NCBI RefSeq assembly: GCF_902459465.1
Contig: NC_047064.1
Location: forward strand, 18,104,001 to 18,168,000
Source: Asterias rubens
Taxonomy: Eukaryota
Length of the DNA stretch: 64,000 nucleotides
Reading direction: 5' to 3'
Position numbers and translations under genes: made by a program
The notes under the pieces: model-generated
Told to the model about the DNA's origin: nothing
The model's database searches: none
The model's input: the letters and a program-made list of their open reading frames with translations, nothing else
Shown: positions 1 to 27,398 of the stretch, piece after piece
Layout: every line of letters begins with the position of its first letter
How positions within the stretch are numbered: the stretch's first letter is position 1

Positions 1-1
1 A

Positions 2-15362
<15,361 letters not shown>

Positions 15363-16244
15363 GCTTGACGCTCACAATTCTGGAAAAGAAATAAATCATG
15401 AATTAAGTGAAACATTCAACCTTCAAATTTTATTTATTTGCCATGATGATGAACTCCCAACTCTGTTTACCATGTTGAATACATGTTTGGGGGGGGGGGG
15501 GGGGGAGAATACCCCATTCCCACCCAGTTCCCATGGACCTTAACACCAGACTGCTTCCTTAACACATTACATTTGTATTTCTTCATCTTGTACAGAAGTA
15601 CCCCACCCCTGCCCCACCCCCTAAAATTCTCTAAAGAATTCCCAGTAGTGGGTTCATCTTCTTTGATAATGAATACTCCAGTGTAGTGTCATTTAGCTTT
15701 GATAGCTTACTTGTAATAGGGTTGGTAGTCAAAGTTTCTTGCAACATTTCCTGAAGTGTCCACTTTGATTACAGAAGTCAATAAAAACACTTGACAATCT
15801 GAGAAACTATTCAATGAAATGAATCATTTTTCAGGTGTCCGTGAGTGTCGGTGACCATGAATGCCCTGTTCAGAGATGTGGTTGGTACCTGCTGTCACCT
15901 CGCTGAACTTGGATGGATTGACTTCACATATATGAAAAAATTAAAATAAAAAAAATTGTTGTTTTTTAGCCATTTTCTCAGCAATTACAGAAGACACGGT
16001 GTCAGCTAAAACATTCACGTTAACGTTTATTACGTTGGTAACTCTGCAGGATACTTACGTACGTGTAAGTAAGGACTTTATTGCTTATATTAAGCAGAAG
16101 ATTTCCATTGTAAAATTGTAGCTCTTTTTTCTTTCTTTTTATCTTAAAAAATCACACAAAAATAAAAACAATAATTGAATCTACCTTCCTTCAGCACCTT
16201 TGTATACAATAATAATACTGCAATGCGATTAACAAATAAAGATG

Positions 16245-16550
16245 GGATAAATTTCCGTATGGCGCCACCACCTTTTGACACATTTTTACAAAAAGGGATA
16301 TCTCATTTAGGTTTTAATTAGATACTATATTATTTCATATCGAATGAAAAAGTGGTGGCGCCATACGGATGTTCTACACGTTCTACTACATGTAGTTAGA
16401 ATAGTAGTATACTAGGAAAAGTTTCCGTATGGCGCCACCACTTTTTCATTCGATATGAAATAATATACTAGTATCTAATTTACCTCAATGAGATATCCTT
16501 TTTTGTAAAAATTAGTGAAAAAGTGGTGGCGCCATACGGAAAGTTATCCG
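16245..16550. mobile_element. Two ~120-bp MITE copies (TIR TTTCCGTATGGCGCCACCAC) in opposite orientation
   Basis: 16252-16369 matches the reverse complement of 16422-16543. Confidence 0.8.
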
Positions 16551-18289
16551 TATACTAGGCCTACATACTACTACTATACTAGGATAAACCAACTCGGTTT
16601 TCCAACTCACACAACTCGACATGCTCGATGTGATCCTCCTTACTTACCAATACCAGCCAGTCCCTCACTCACATCCCAAACAATTATATAAATTCTTGAT
16701 GTTGATTTACATTTACAAACACCACCTGCTGCCTACACAAAATAACAGCAGGCGCAGACTGTAGAATCACCACGGCATAAAAAAATAAAGTGTAACATCT
16801 CGAATTGAACAATCTTTCGGACACTTGTCACAAATCCCAACACCCATTCACTCACTGTCTGTGTGTGTGGGGAAGCGTAACTACATTGTAACATTAACTA
16901 AAAAAGGTCGATAAATATTGATTTCTCACACGGTTTGCAGCATACACTAATCGTGTTCTGTTCAGCTTTCAGTGGGGCATTGTTGGGTATCGAACAAGTA
17001 CATCATCTCTTTCTTCTTTCGTGTCCTGACGTAAAACTCATGACAGAACAGAACTCTTCGTCGTTTCTTTTACGGATTGTTTTCGTGATGAAAATCACTC
17101 ATGCATAAAAATAACGAGTGTGTGTCGCCAGCGCAACACTGATGATAGGACTGACCCAAAATTACAGATTGGTGGCGCTATACACAAAACTTGAAAGAGA
17201 AAAAATAATTACGCGCCAGCCAGCACAGAGGACGCAGAGAGCAGCCGATTCACGAAAGTGTGCAACTTGCGCCATGTCGTAAAGTATGTTGTGCGCAGCT
17301 GTGCCATTTCCATCGTATTCAATTAAACTCGCGCCCAAGTAAAAGTGTACTCGAGTCAGTTTGTACCATTGATCTCCATTATACTGACTGGATAGGACAT
17401 TGCGCTACAGTAGTAAACGGGTAAATTAATGTGCACTTGGTCGGGTTTGAGTCTGTCAGTTGAAGTTGTAAATTGAGAATAGAAATGAGGGGAAAACATG
17501 ACGATCGATAGTTTGATAAGTATACAAAACATTCTGATTGAAATGCAAATAACTATTTAGCCACTGTACCGCCCAGCCGCATATAGCGATACACTGTATG
17601 CGGTACGAGGAAACCTCGCCAGCTTGTGTTTGTAGAAAAAAGGAACATCAAAAGAAAACTTGATAGTCATTAGTAGGTCCTACGCATTTGTTAATATATC
17701 TAGTTGTTATAGATCGTTATTAATTCTCCCTTCACAGTTGACTTGTCGAAGCTAATGATGATGAAATAATTTAGCTCTTACGAAAAATAAAACGCTCATA
17801 AACAGGAAACTGTTCATCATTTATGATGATATTGTCGAAAATTACTTTCCCCCCCCCCCCCCTTGCATTTAATCAGTATGAGCATTGAGCCAGACAAAAG
17901 CCTTGAAAAGCTATTGTGTTCATTTTATCCGTGCACAAAAATATTCGCCATAAAAATTACCGCAGCCGTTTAACGAGAGACATTTATTGTTCCCATGAGA
18001 ACTTGTACTTTTAATCAAATATTACCGAAAGGGTAAACAATTGTGCATACACATTATAAGCCATGGCTATCTTTTAAAATTTGAGCTACGATTCCAGTAA
18101 TTTACTGCAAGAATCTTGAGAAGTTGGATTTCAGCAAACTCGGGCGGTGCAGGGACTAAAGGGATAAATCAAACTTATAATACTTTACATTTTTTTGTGT
18201 ATCAAAAGCCCTATTCATAAATTATGATAATGACAATAATATTAGAGAAACTGTATTGTACGGAGCTCCAGGAGTGCCATCCCACATAT

Positions 18290-18720
18290 TGAGATACCGA
18301 CATAATTATCTCATAAAGATGACTTATATCGTGGTATAAGTTAACTTACCGACATATTATTATTTATCTAGCTAAGTCGACTTGTTCAAAACAATCAGTC
18401 GACTAAGCAACATATGTTTATCTCACCAAGTCGACTTAGATAAAACAAAAAGTCGACTTGCTGACATAATTTGTCTTGCCAAGTCGACTTACTTAGAGTA
18501 CTAAGTCGACTTACTGACATAATTTATCTCGCCAAGTCGACTAAGATTAAACAATAAGTCGACTTACTGAGAGAAATAAGTCGACTTACTGACATAATTT
18601 ATACCTCGCCAAGTCGACTTAGATAAAACAATAAGTCAACTTGCTGACATAACTTATTTCGCCAAGTTGACTTACTGAGAGTATTAAGTCGACTTTCCGA
18701 CAAAATTTATCTCTTCCGAC
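18290..18720. repeat. Degenerate minisatellite of ~20-25-bp AAGTCGACTTA-containing units
   Basis: More than ten (A)AGTCGACT(T/A) cores interspersed with GACATAATTTATCTC. Confidence 0.85.
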
Positions 18721-21150
18721 AGGTCAACTCGTGCCACAGTCAACTCGTACCGGCTATTCAATGTACGTTGTAGTGCAAATCTAGGGATGATGTTTGAAGC
18801 AAGACATTTTCCGTTTTGGGGAGGTGGCCTCCCAAAAACCCTCGTTTGAACAGCACCGGTTGATAAAAAAACCTACTCGATTATTTGTTTTTACCGTTAA
18901 TGGATTTCCTCTAATTTCAAAATTTATCTCTTCAAGTCGACTTAGATAAAATAAATAGTCGACTTTATCAACCGGTGCTGTTCAAACGAGGATTTAAGAA
19001 GGCCCCCCTTCCCAAAACGGGAAATGTCGTGCCACAAATATCTCCCCTAGATTTGAACTACAACGTACGTTGAATAGCTGGTACGAGTTGACTGTGGCAC
19101 GAGTTGACCTGTTGGAAGAATCAAATCATATGGTAGTCAAGTCAACTCGGACCCTGTACAATCGGTACCCAAGTCAACTCGTCCCCAAATGAACTCGTCC
19201 CTGAGTCAACACGTACCCAGGTGAAATCGTGTTCAACTGAACTCGTACTCAAGTAAAAGTGTACTCAAGTCAGTGTGTACCCAGTAAACTCGTAACTAGG
19301 TGAAGTCAGCAGTGTTACAAATGAGTGAAATAAAGGAAATTAGTTTTATTTATTTCTTTAGGAAATTCCACACTGAAATCTTTTACGGGATGTTTTCATC
19401 ACAGAAATCCTTTCAGAAAACTATTATGAATCTGTTTGTTATGCGATCGTTGGATTTTTCTTTCTCGGAGGCCTCCCCACCCCTATTTGAGTTGATTGAT
19501 TTATTAAATTTGTTTTATTAATAAAATGTTTTAAAACTAGAGGAAATCCATTAACGGTAAAAACGAACAGTCGAGTAAATTATTTATCAACCGGTGCTGT
19601 TCAAAAGAGGATTTTAGAAGGCCCCCTTCCCAAAACGGGAACTGTCGTGCCACAAACCATCTCCTCTAGATCTGCACTACAACGTACGTTGAATAGCCGG
19701 TACGAGTTGACTGTGGCACGAGTTGACCTGTTGGAAGAATTCGGATCATAAGGTAGTCAAGTCAACTCGGACCCTGTACAATTGGTACCCAAGTAAAATC
19801 GTCCCAAAGTGAACTCGTCACCGAGTCAACATGTACCCAGGTGAAATCGTGTTCAACTGAACTCGTACTCAAGTAAAAGTGTACTCAAGTCAGTGTGTAC
19901 CCAGTGAACTCGTAACTAGGTGAAGTCAGCAGTGTTAAAAATAAGTGAAATAAGGGAAATTCGTTTGATTTGTTTCTTTTAGGAAATTTGACAGTGAAAT
20001 CTTTGACGGGATGTTTTTTTCACAGAAATTCTTTCAGAAAATTGTTATGAATCTGTTTGTTATGCAATCGTTGGATTTTTATTCGCGGAGGCATCAACCC
20101 CTTTCGAGTTGATTAATTTATTTAAAAAAAATTATTTATTAAAATAATGTTTTAAAATTAGGGGAAATCCATTAACGGTAAAAACGAATAATCGAGTCAG
20201 TTATTTATCAACCGGTGCTGTTCAAACGAGGATTTTAGAAGGCCCCCTTCCCAAAACGGGAACTGTCGTGCCACTAACATCTCTTCTGGATCTTCACTAC
20301 AACGTACGTTGAATAGCCGGTACGAGTTGACTGTGGTACGAGTTGACCTGTTGGAAAAATTCAGATCATTTGGTAGTCAAGTCAACTCGGACCCTATACA
20401 ATTGGTACCCAAGTCAACTCTTCCCCAAGTAAACTCGTCTCCGAGTCAACACGTTCCCATGTGAAATCGTATTCATCTGGACTCGTACCCAAGTAAAAGT
20501 GCTCTTAAGTCAGTTTAGGAACTCGTTACTAGATGAAGTCGGCAGTATTAAAAATAAGTGAAATAAGGGTATATAGTTTTAACTAGATGAAGTCGGCAGT
20601 ATTATAAATAAGTGAAATAAGGGTAATTAGTTTTATTTTTTTTATTTTATGAAACTTCACATTGACATCGTTAACGGGATGTTTTCATCACAGAAATTCT
20701 TAGAGAAAATTAATATGCAATTGTTTGATGTTTGATTTTTTTCGGAGGCTTCAACCCCTTTTGAGTTGATTAATTTATTAAATTTGTTTTATTTATTAAA
20801 TGTTTTGAAATTAGAGGAAATCCATTTACGGTAAATAACCAATAATCGAGTCAGTTTTTTATCATCCGGTGCTGTTCAAACGAGGGTTTTGTTAGGCCAC
20901 CTTCCCAAAAGGGGAAATATCTTGCCACAAACATCTCCTCTAGATCTGCACTACAACGTTCGTTGAATAGCCGGTACGAGTTGACTGTGGCACAAGTTGA
21001 CCCGTTAGAAGAATTTGGATCATATGGAAGTCAAGTCACCTCGGACCCTTTACAAGCGGCACCCAAGTCGACTCTTCCCCAAGTGAACTCTTCCCCGATA
21101 CAACACGTACCAAGGTGAAATCGTATTCAAGTGAACTCGTACCCAAGGGA
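18716..21150. repeat. ~620-bp satellite-like tandem repeat (3.5 copies) preceded by an inverted partial copy
   Basis: CA(A/T)CCGGTGCTGTTCAAA at 18969, 19588, 20209, 20863; reverse-complement segment at 18716-18927. Confidence 0.92.
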
Positions 21151-21373
21151 GGTCAAAAGGGAGGATCTGATCCTGATCCTGATCGCGTTCACACTAGCCG
21201 GAAATCTCTCTTTGACCGTAAATGGAGTTCCTCTCATTTCAAAAAATTAAAAAACACGGGTCATACTAAAAAAAAATTCTGGTCTTTGACAATTACCAAA
21301 GGTGTCTAGTGTCTTTAAAATAAATTATCCTTGGTTCTTTGCAACACTTATTTGCACACCGTTTCCTTGCAAA

Positions 21374-22219
21374 CTACAGTTTGATATCCGATGTTCCCTG
21401 ACCGTTCGAATAACCGTTTGATCCACGCTTATTGGCGCAGCATTCACAAAATATCTTCCTTGCCGAGAACTTCTTCAAATCGAAACTGAAGAAACCGTAG
21501 ACAATCGGGTTGATGGTGGCACTGACAGAGCTGATGGCCAAAAGAAACATCTCGAAAGGTGTCCGATCCAGCCTCCCCTCGGCGAAGTAGTGCACGATGA
21601 TCTGTACGGCATGGGTTGAATCAAAGATTGAGACAATCAGGGTGGTGATGGCCAACTTGATGACAACTCGACGCTGTAAGGTAGGTGATACCAACGGGCG
21701 TTTGCACAGTCTCCAGATAGTACAACCATACAGGATGATGTCTACAACGAGGAACAATGCACTGAGCACGAGAACTATGATCATCAAAGTGTACGGGCTG
21801 TCGAAGAACACCAAGACGCAAAGCTTGATCAGCCCACCACAGGCCAGTGCTACCAGCCAGCAGCCAGCGCAAACTGCTGCCAAGCGTCCATTGGAGTCTT
21901 GGCAAATGGACGAGAACTGTGTAAAAGTTGCGAGGAGGCGTTCAGAGGCAACGAGAATCACAAAAAGACCGGACGCTACGTAGCAGATGGCGAACAGGAA
22001 ACAGAAAACGCGTTTGAGGGGCTCATCTCTGGCACCGAAATGCGTGTAAAACACTGCGAGAATTAAGAACAAGACTCCGGCTACCGACAGGTTGCAAAGA
22101 ATGATGTTGAAGGGTGTTCGCATGGACTTGATGCGAACAACGAAAAAGACGAAAAGGGCGTTGGTGAGAAGGCCAAGTGGGCTCACCGCAAACACGAAAA
22201 TCTCTGCTGCGAGAAACAT
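21374..22219 (-). CDS. Intronless rhodopsin-like (class A) GPCR, orphan or putative chemoreceptor, 281 aa from the first ATG
   Basis: Seven hydrophobic segments; GLLTNA (TM1), TPFNIILCNLSVA (TM2), SERLLA (E/DRY position), TM4 Trp, INPIVYGFF (NPxxY). The frame is open upstream to 22258 but the first ATG is at 22219. Confidence 0.92.
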   Translation of the reverse strand: MFLAAEIFVFAVSPLGLLTNALFVFFVVRIKSMRTPFNIILCNLSVAGVLFLILAVFYTHFGARDEPLKRVFCFLFAICYVASGLFVILVASERLLATFTQFSSICQDSNGRLAAVCAGCWLVALACGGLIKLCVLVFFDSPYTLMIIVLVLSALFLVVDIILYGCTIWRLCKRPLVSPTLQRRVVIKLAITTLIVSIFDSTHAVQIIVHYFAEGRLDRTPFEMFLLAISSVSATINPIVYGFFSFDLKKFSARKIFCECCANKRGSNGYSNGQGTSDIKL

Positions 22220-22329
22220 ATTGTAAATGTAAATTTTAAAATTATTGCGGTTGCACACGCACTGTATCTGTGAATGTGATCAGTGTTGAGCAATATTACA
22301 ATTATTACATTGATGTCAGACCGCACCAT

Positions 22330-23765
22330 GGATTCTCACCCAATTTAATGTTGCAGTAAACTTCCAGATGGGTCTGTTAACATAATCAGTGTCTGGCAGT
22401 TGACCACTATATCGTCGAAGCCACAGTAGACCACACTAGGGAATCTAATCCAAATGTTACAGTAAATGTTCACATAGTATTTTCATAAGCAATATTGAAC
22501 TCCATCAAAACTTAAAGGGACGAGTTTTGTTTCCACAACAGTCTGCGTATAACATCGTCGAACAAAAGTGACTTGCATTTATAAGGCGCGATGAAACAAA
22601 AAGCGACATTACATAGATAGTCAAGCTCTTAATTAACGAGCTTAATTAACGAGCTTAAGCCGCCCCTGCTCGCGGTTGGGAGTTTGTTTGTAGAGTCAAG
22701 ACCAATGCAGTAACCCAGTTGCACTAGTGGGTCTGTATATGGTGACAAAATCATCATCGACTTCTGCTCAAATTACACGGTACTATCGCATTTAGTATAA
22801 CAAACGACTGACTGAGTTTCATCCCACACTGTTCTGCATATTACCGTCGCACAAAAGTGACCTGCTCTCGATCGTAGGGCGCCGGCGATGAAACAAAAAG
22901 CTACATCACGTTTTCAAGCTTTTAATTCATGAGATCCAGCCGCCCATGTGACACTTATTGTTGATTATGCGTGGCGCGGTTGGGATGTTCATCGCTTCAT
23001 CACTTATTCAAGCTTTTTATTAGTTGACGAGCTCACAAGCTGCTCCTATGACATTAATTGTTGATCCCCTGGGCGGTCGTGTTTGCAGAGGCAAGAATAA
23101 TGTTATAGCCCCTAATTGCTCCTCAACACGCAATGTGGTTGGGTCTATCATGGAGGAAGACTATTTTCTTCCTCCATGGGTCTATAAACGTATATCATCG
23201 TCGACTGTTGAACAAGTGTTGTTACCGTACACACTACATCATGGACTCTCAAACCAAATGTTGCAGTCAATATTCACAGTCTTCTTCCACACAAACAAAT
23301 TGAAGGCTCGAGCCACTACATGAGCATGATTCCCACACTGTTTCTGCATATCATCGTCGAACAAAAGTGACGTGTTCACAAAGGGTGCGATGCCACAAAA
23401 AGCTACATCACTTAATTATCCAAGCTTTTAATTTTCGAGATCAAGCCGCCCATGTGACACTTATCATTGTTGATCATGCGTGGTGCGGTTGTGGTGTTTT
23501 AGCAAAGGCAAAAATAATGTTGTTAACCCTAATTGCACTTCAACTTGCAATGTGATTGGGACTGCAAATGTATATCATCGTCGACTGAGCAAGTGCTGCT
23601 ACCGTACTGTCGCCACACTCCACCACGGACTCTTAAACCAAAATGTAACATTCAATTATAGTCTTCTTCCACACAGAAGTATAATTATATGAGACAAACA
23701 AATGAAAGCTCGAGCCAGACTGAGCTGTATCCCACACTGTTCTACATATCACCGCCAAACGAAAT
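22330..23765. repeat. Diverged tandem duplication (3-4 copies, 290-510-bp spacing) upstream of the GPCR
   Basis: CC(C)ACA(CTG)...AACAAAAGTGAC...AAAAAGC(T/G)ACAT...CAAGCT anchors at about 22533, 22823, 23332, 23731. Confidence 0.8.
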
Positions 23766-23984
23766 GAGCAAGTTGAAACACAAATTGCTACGAGATCATA
23801 GCACATGATTTGGATGATTTTTCACTGATTTTGATCCCATTTGACAACGTTTTGATCACAACTCTATGTAGCCTTTACAAAACTACTTCTATTAAGCTCC
23901 ACATTACGCATGCTTAATCGCACATGAATAGCGCCTTTATATTAAGAACCTCCAAGCAATTGCTGGGCTAGCTTGAGAAAAAGC

Positions 23985-24131
23985 AATAGGAGACTTTCCA
24001 ACGCTAGGTGGCAGCAGACATACCGGGTAAATATCCATTGTTTACGTAGTTCTGACATGCGCATAATTCTGAGAACAATAGATTTACCCGGTAAGTCTGC
24101 TGCCCTCTATCGTCCCAGAAAGTCTCCCATT
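23985..24131. mobile_element. MITE, TIR GAGACTTTC...GGCAGCAGAC(A/T)TACCGGGTAAAT
   Basis: ~45-bp imperfect inverted termini. Confidence 0.75.
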
Positions 24132-24666
24132 AGTCAATGCAAAAGGTTGTGTATATACATTTTTAATCAATTGCTTTTGCTTCAGCTTCTGTTGATGAAC
24201 TTTTGCTTTCGCTCGGTGCCTGTACTTATAAACAATTGCTAGTTTTTATGAGTTCGGCCAAATGAATGCTAACGACGAGCTCATCATAACCGCTCATGTG
24301 ACGTTGTTTGATGGTGAGTCACGGTTGGGCGGTTGTTTCAGATGCAAGAACACTCATGTGCAATCATAACGGCATGTGTTTATGGTTTACATGATGCCCA
24401 TCGCATAAAGTTTTTAATAAGTTTTTCCTGTCAGTCAGACGACTGAAGAGGCAAATGGTGTGTTAAATTGTGTTTTTAATCATAATTTAATGAGCAAGCT
24501 GACAAACACTACCACTTCAGAAATAAGCACCTATTTGCGTGCAGGGGAAAGTACCACAGCGCTGTACACACAAAATAAACAAAGAGCAAAGAATAAATAA
24601 AAGCAAGCGAATCATTTGAACAAGTGGGTTTTGAGAGAATTCTTGAAGGCTGCTAGTGAGCTGCTA

Positions 24667-25040
24667 GTGTACAAATACATTTATACAGGTTAAAACAATC
24701 GAGACGAAAGGTATACAAGATGAATTAAATTTCATGGGACAGATTATAATTATATTATTACTTTTTGACTGACATAATGCTTAGCAATTACTTTCTCAAG
24801 GAAAACGACATAGCAGTGTACTGTAAGCATTTAATGTCATACGGTTAGCTACAAATCACAATAGTGTTGCTCTCAGCGAAAGTTAAATGTTATTATAGTG
24901 TACAAATACATTTATATACGGGTTAAAACAATCGAGACCAAAGGTGAATTTAATTTCATGTGACAGATTATTATTATATTACATTTTGACTGGCATAATG
25001 TTTAGCAATTACTTTCTCAAGGAAATTGGCATAGCAGTGG
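24667..25040. repeat. ~230-bp direct duplication
   Basis: GTGTACAAATACATTTATA...AACAATCGAGAC...AGCAATTACTTTCTCAAGGAAA at 24667 and 24898. Confidence 0.85.
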
Positions 25041-27244
25041 GAAAGCTTTTAAAAAGAGATTAAAGTCAGATTTCTTTCTGAAGTTTTATAACCTACAGTC
25101 CCATGCATGTCGCAGAGAGTGGCGCAAATTTCCACGTAAAACATTCCGACTTTCCACGAGTCGCTAACTTTCTTTGACAACTCATTCTGAAGAAGATATT
25201 TATTTAGTGTTACATATCAAAGTGCAGTCTTACTCAAGGAAATTAAAGACTGGGTCCATTTTTAGCTCTGCCTACTGTATGCGAAAATCAGCTGTTGACG
25301 GCATAATAACAATTCTCACGTGCGGTTGCAAAAACCGTGCTCGGAAAATCTGCTCCCCGGACATTCTGTGTGTCCCCTACCCCATAGAATGTTAACACGG
25401 GCTGAAGGAGATTGAATCTACGAAGGCCCGTTAGTGCCAGCAAAAATTCAAATTCAAATCCGTTATAACGGATTTGCAATCCGTTATTAGGGATTAACAA
25501 TCCGTTATTACGGATTTGCAGAATCTCCCGCCAAACGGGCAAGTACAGACTTTATAGGAAATTTGAGACATTGAATTTTAGTGATAGCGATTACTCTATT
25601 TTGTGTAATTTATTCATTTTTTAACCCACCTATAGCAGCACAACACTGAATGATGTGGCGCACAAGAACTTGTAAGTGTCGTGACCGAGCGGTTAAAAGA
25701 GCACCGAATTCAAACTCTGGTGTTTCTGATCAACCGGAGTGTTGGTTCGCATTCCCCAGCCGCGACACTTGTGACGATAAGCAAGACACTTTGCTTCATC
25801 CTTCCGTTAATCCTATGTGTTGGGTAACGCATGTAAAATATGTACTCAGCGGTAGCGATAAGTCTCCTTAACTCCGAAAAAGTCTACCCCGTGTTACCAC
25901 TAAAGTGATTTGTCTAAACTGGAGAGTGTTTTTTTTGTAAACTGAAAGATAGCATCATATTTCCATGTTTTGTTGCACTTCATGTTATCTTTCAGTTTGG
26001 AAAGACAACAACCAACTTTCAAGTTGAACTATTTACTTATAAAGTTTGTAATGAATCTACACTTAAGTGCAAGAATCTACCCTCGTTAGTTACGAGGCAT
26101 GGAGGAAGGAAGAGAAGGGGCTCGAACGAAGGGACTTCAAAAGTCGAACCCGTGGTACCGCGGTCGTTTAACGACACCTCGTTGTCACCCACATACCTTA
26201 TACAGACAATGGGCGACCTGGCGTATGTGAGTTTGCGCGTGCGCACTTGGTTCTCCACTCAACTTTGGTGTCGTATGTCGTATGGATATAATACAGAAAC
26301 AAAAAAATTGTTTGAGACCTGATAAAAATTAGGTACACTTGAGCCCACCAAATCGAAACACACAATTGAATACCAACCACCCTCGTGTGCTAATACCCAC
26401 CGCTAGTGACCGGAAAGTCACAAAAAAATGTAACAAATATGCCATGATGTTTTCGTGACCACAAACAGTAAATGAAAATGTGTGTATTCACAATTCTTGT
26501 CTCAAAAGATTCAACATTACAAGCAGGCAAGAGCGCAGACTGGCGGTACCGCACGTTCTGTACAAAGAGATTTAACACCAAGTGTATTTTGAGTTGCTTG
26601 GTAGATTATGTCGGCCGTCCAGCTGGAGGTCTCCTATCTTTTTCCACTGGTCAGACAGGGGCATTGTCAGAGTATTCTTTTGTTACTCTGCGGTTTTGCG
26701 GGTCGTTCGAGCTCCTTCTCTTCCTTGCTCCATGGTTAAGGGTAGATTCGTAAAAACAATGTACACTTTCAACAATAGAGTGACGTCATAGAAATAGTTT
26801 AACATATGAAGAATATGGATTTTTATGAAGTTTTCAGAAGAACATAATCTACCAAAGCAACTAAAAGTGTTTACCGTAAACCAATTGAATTTAAACATCA
26901 CATACAATGCTTGAAATAACTCTGCATCCATGAGAGTTGATGACCCAAACTTCTGCTAAGGTCAAAATCAGTACATCGTCTACCATAATGCTAACACTGC
27001 CAGCAACTGTTTTATTAGCACACAAAAACACCACAATTCTATCATATTCAGCATCTAAAGAGTCTTGATAAAGGTAATTTTCCTGTCAAATTGGCAACAA
27101 CCGTTTTCAATAAAGTAAAGTCTTATCAGCAAAAGTCACTTGATTCTGAGTGTGTAAACCATCTGCAAAGTGATGAAAGACACTAGTCGTCTGGATTCCG
27201 GCTAAAGTTGAGAGAAACCCCAACTATACAGGCTTGTTGTTACC

Positions 27245-27398
27245 ATAGACCTTTTCGCAAATACCGGGGCGCGCGCGTAAAGCTAGGAATTAGGTGCATT
27301 GTGGTCTTGCTGGTATCCAAATTTGATCCATATATATCCCACAATGCACCTCATTCAACAGTCTGTGCTTGCGCATTGGTATTTGCGATAAGGTCTAT
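27245..27398. mobile_element. MITE, TIR ATAGACCTT(T/A)TCGCAAATACC
   Basis: Inverted termini. Confidence 0.75.

Noticed and set aside
18290-18720. Regularly spaced GTCGAC repeats superficially like a CRISPR array
   Set aside because: Eukaryotic intron-rich context, degenerate repeats, spacers that are themselves repetitive, no cas genes
21597-21983. Overlapping ORFs of 128 aa (+) and 94 aa (-) within the GPCR
   Set aside because: Alternative-frame or antisense by-products with no domain features
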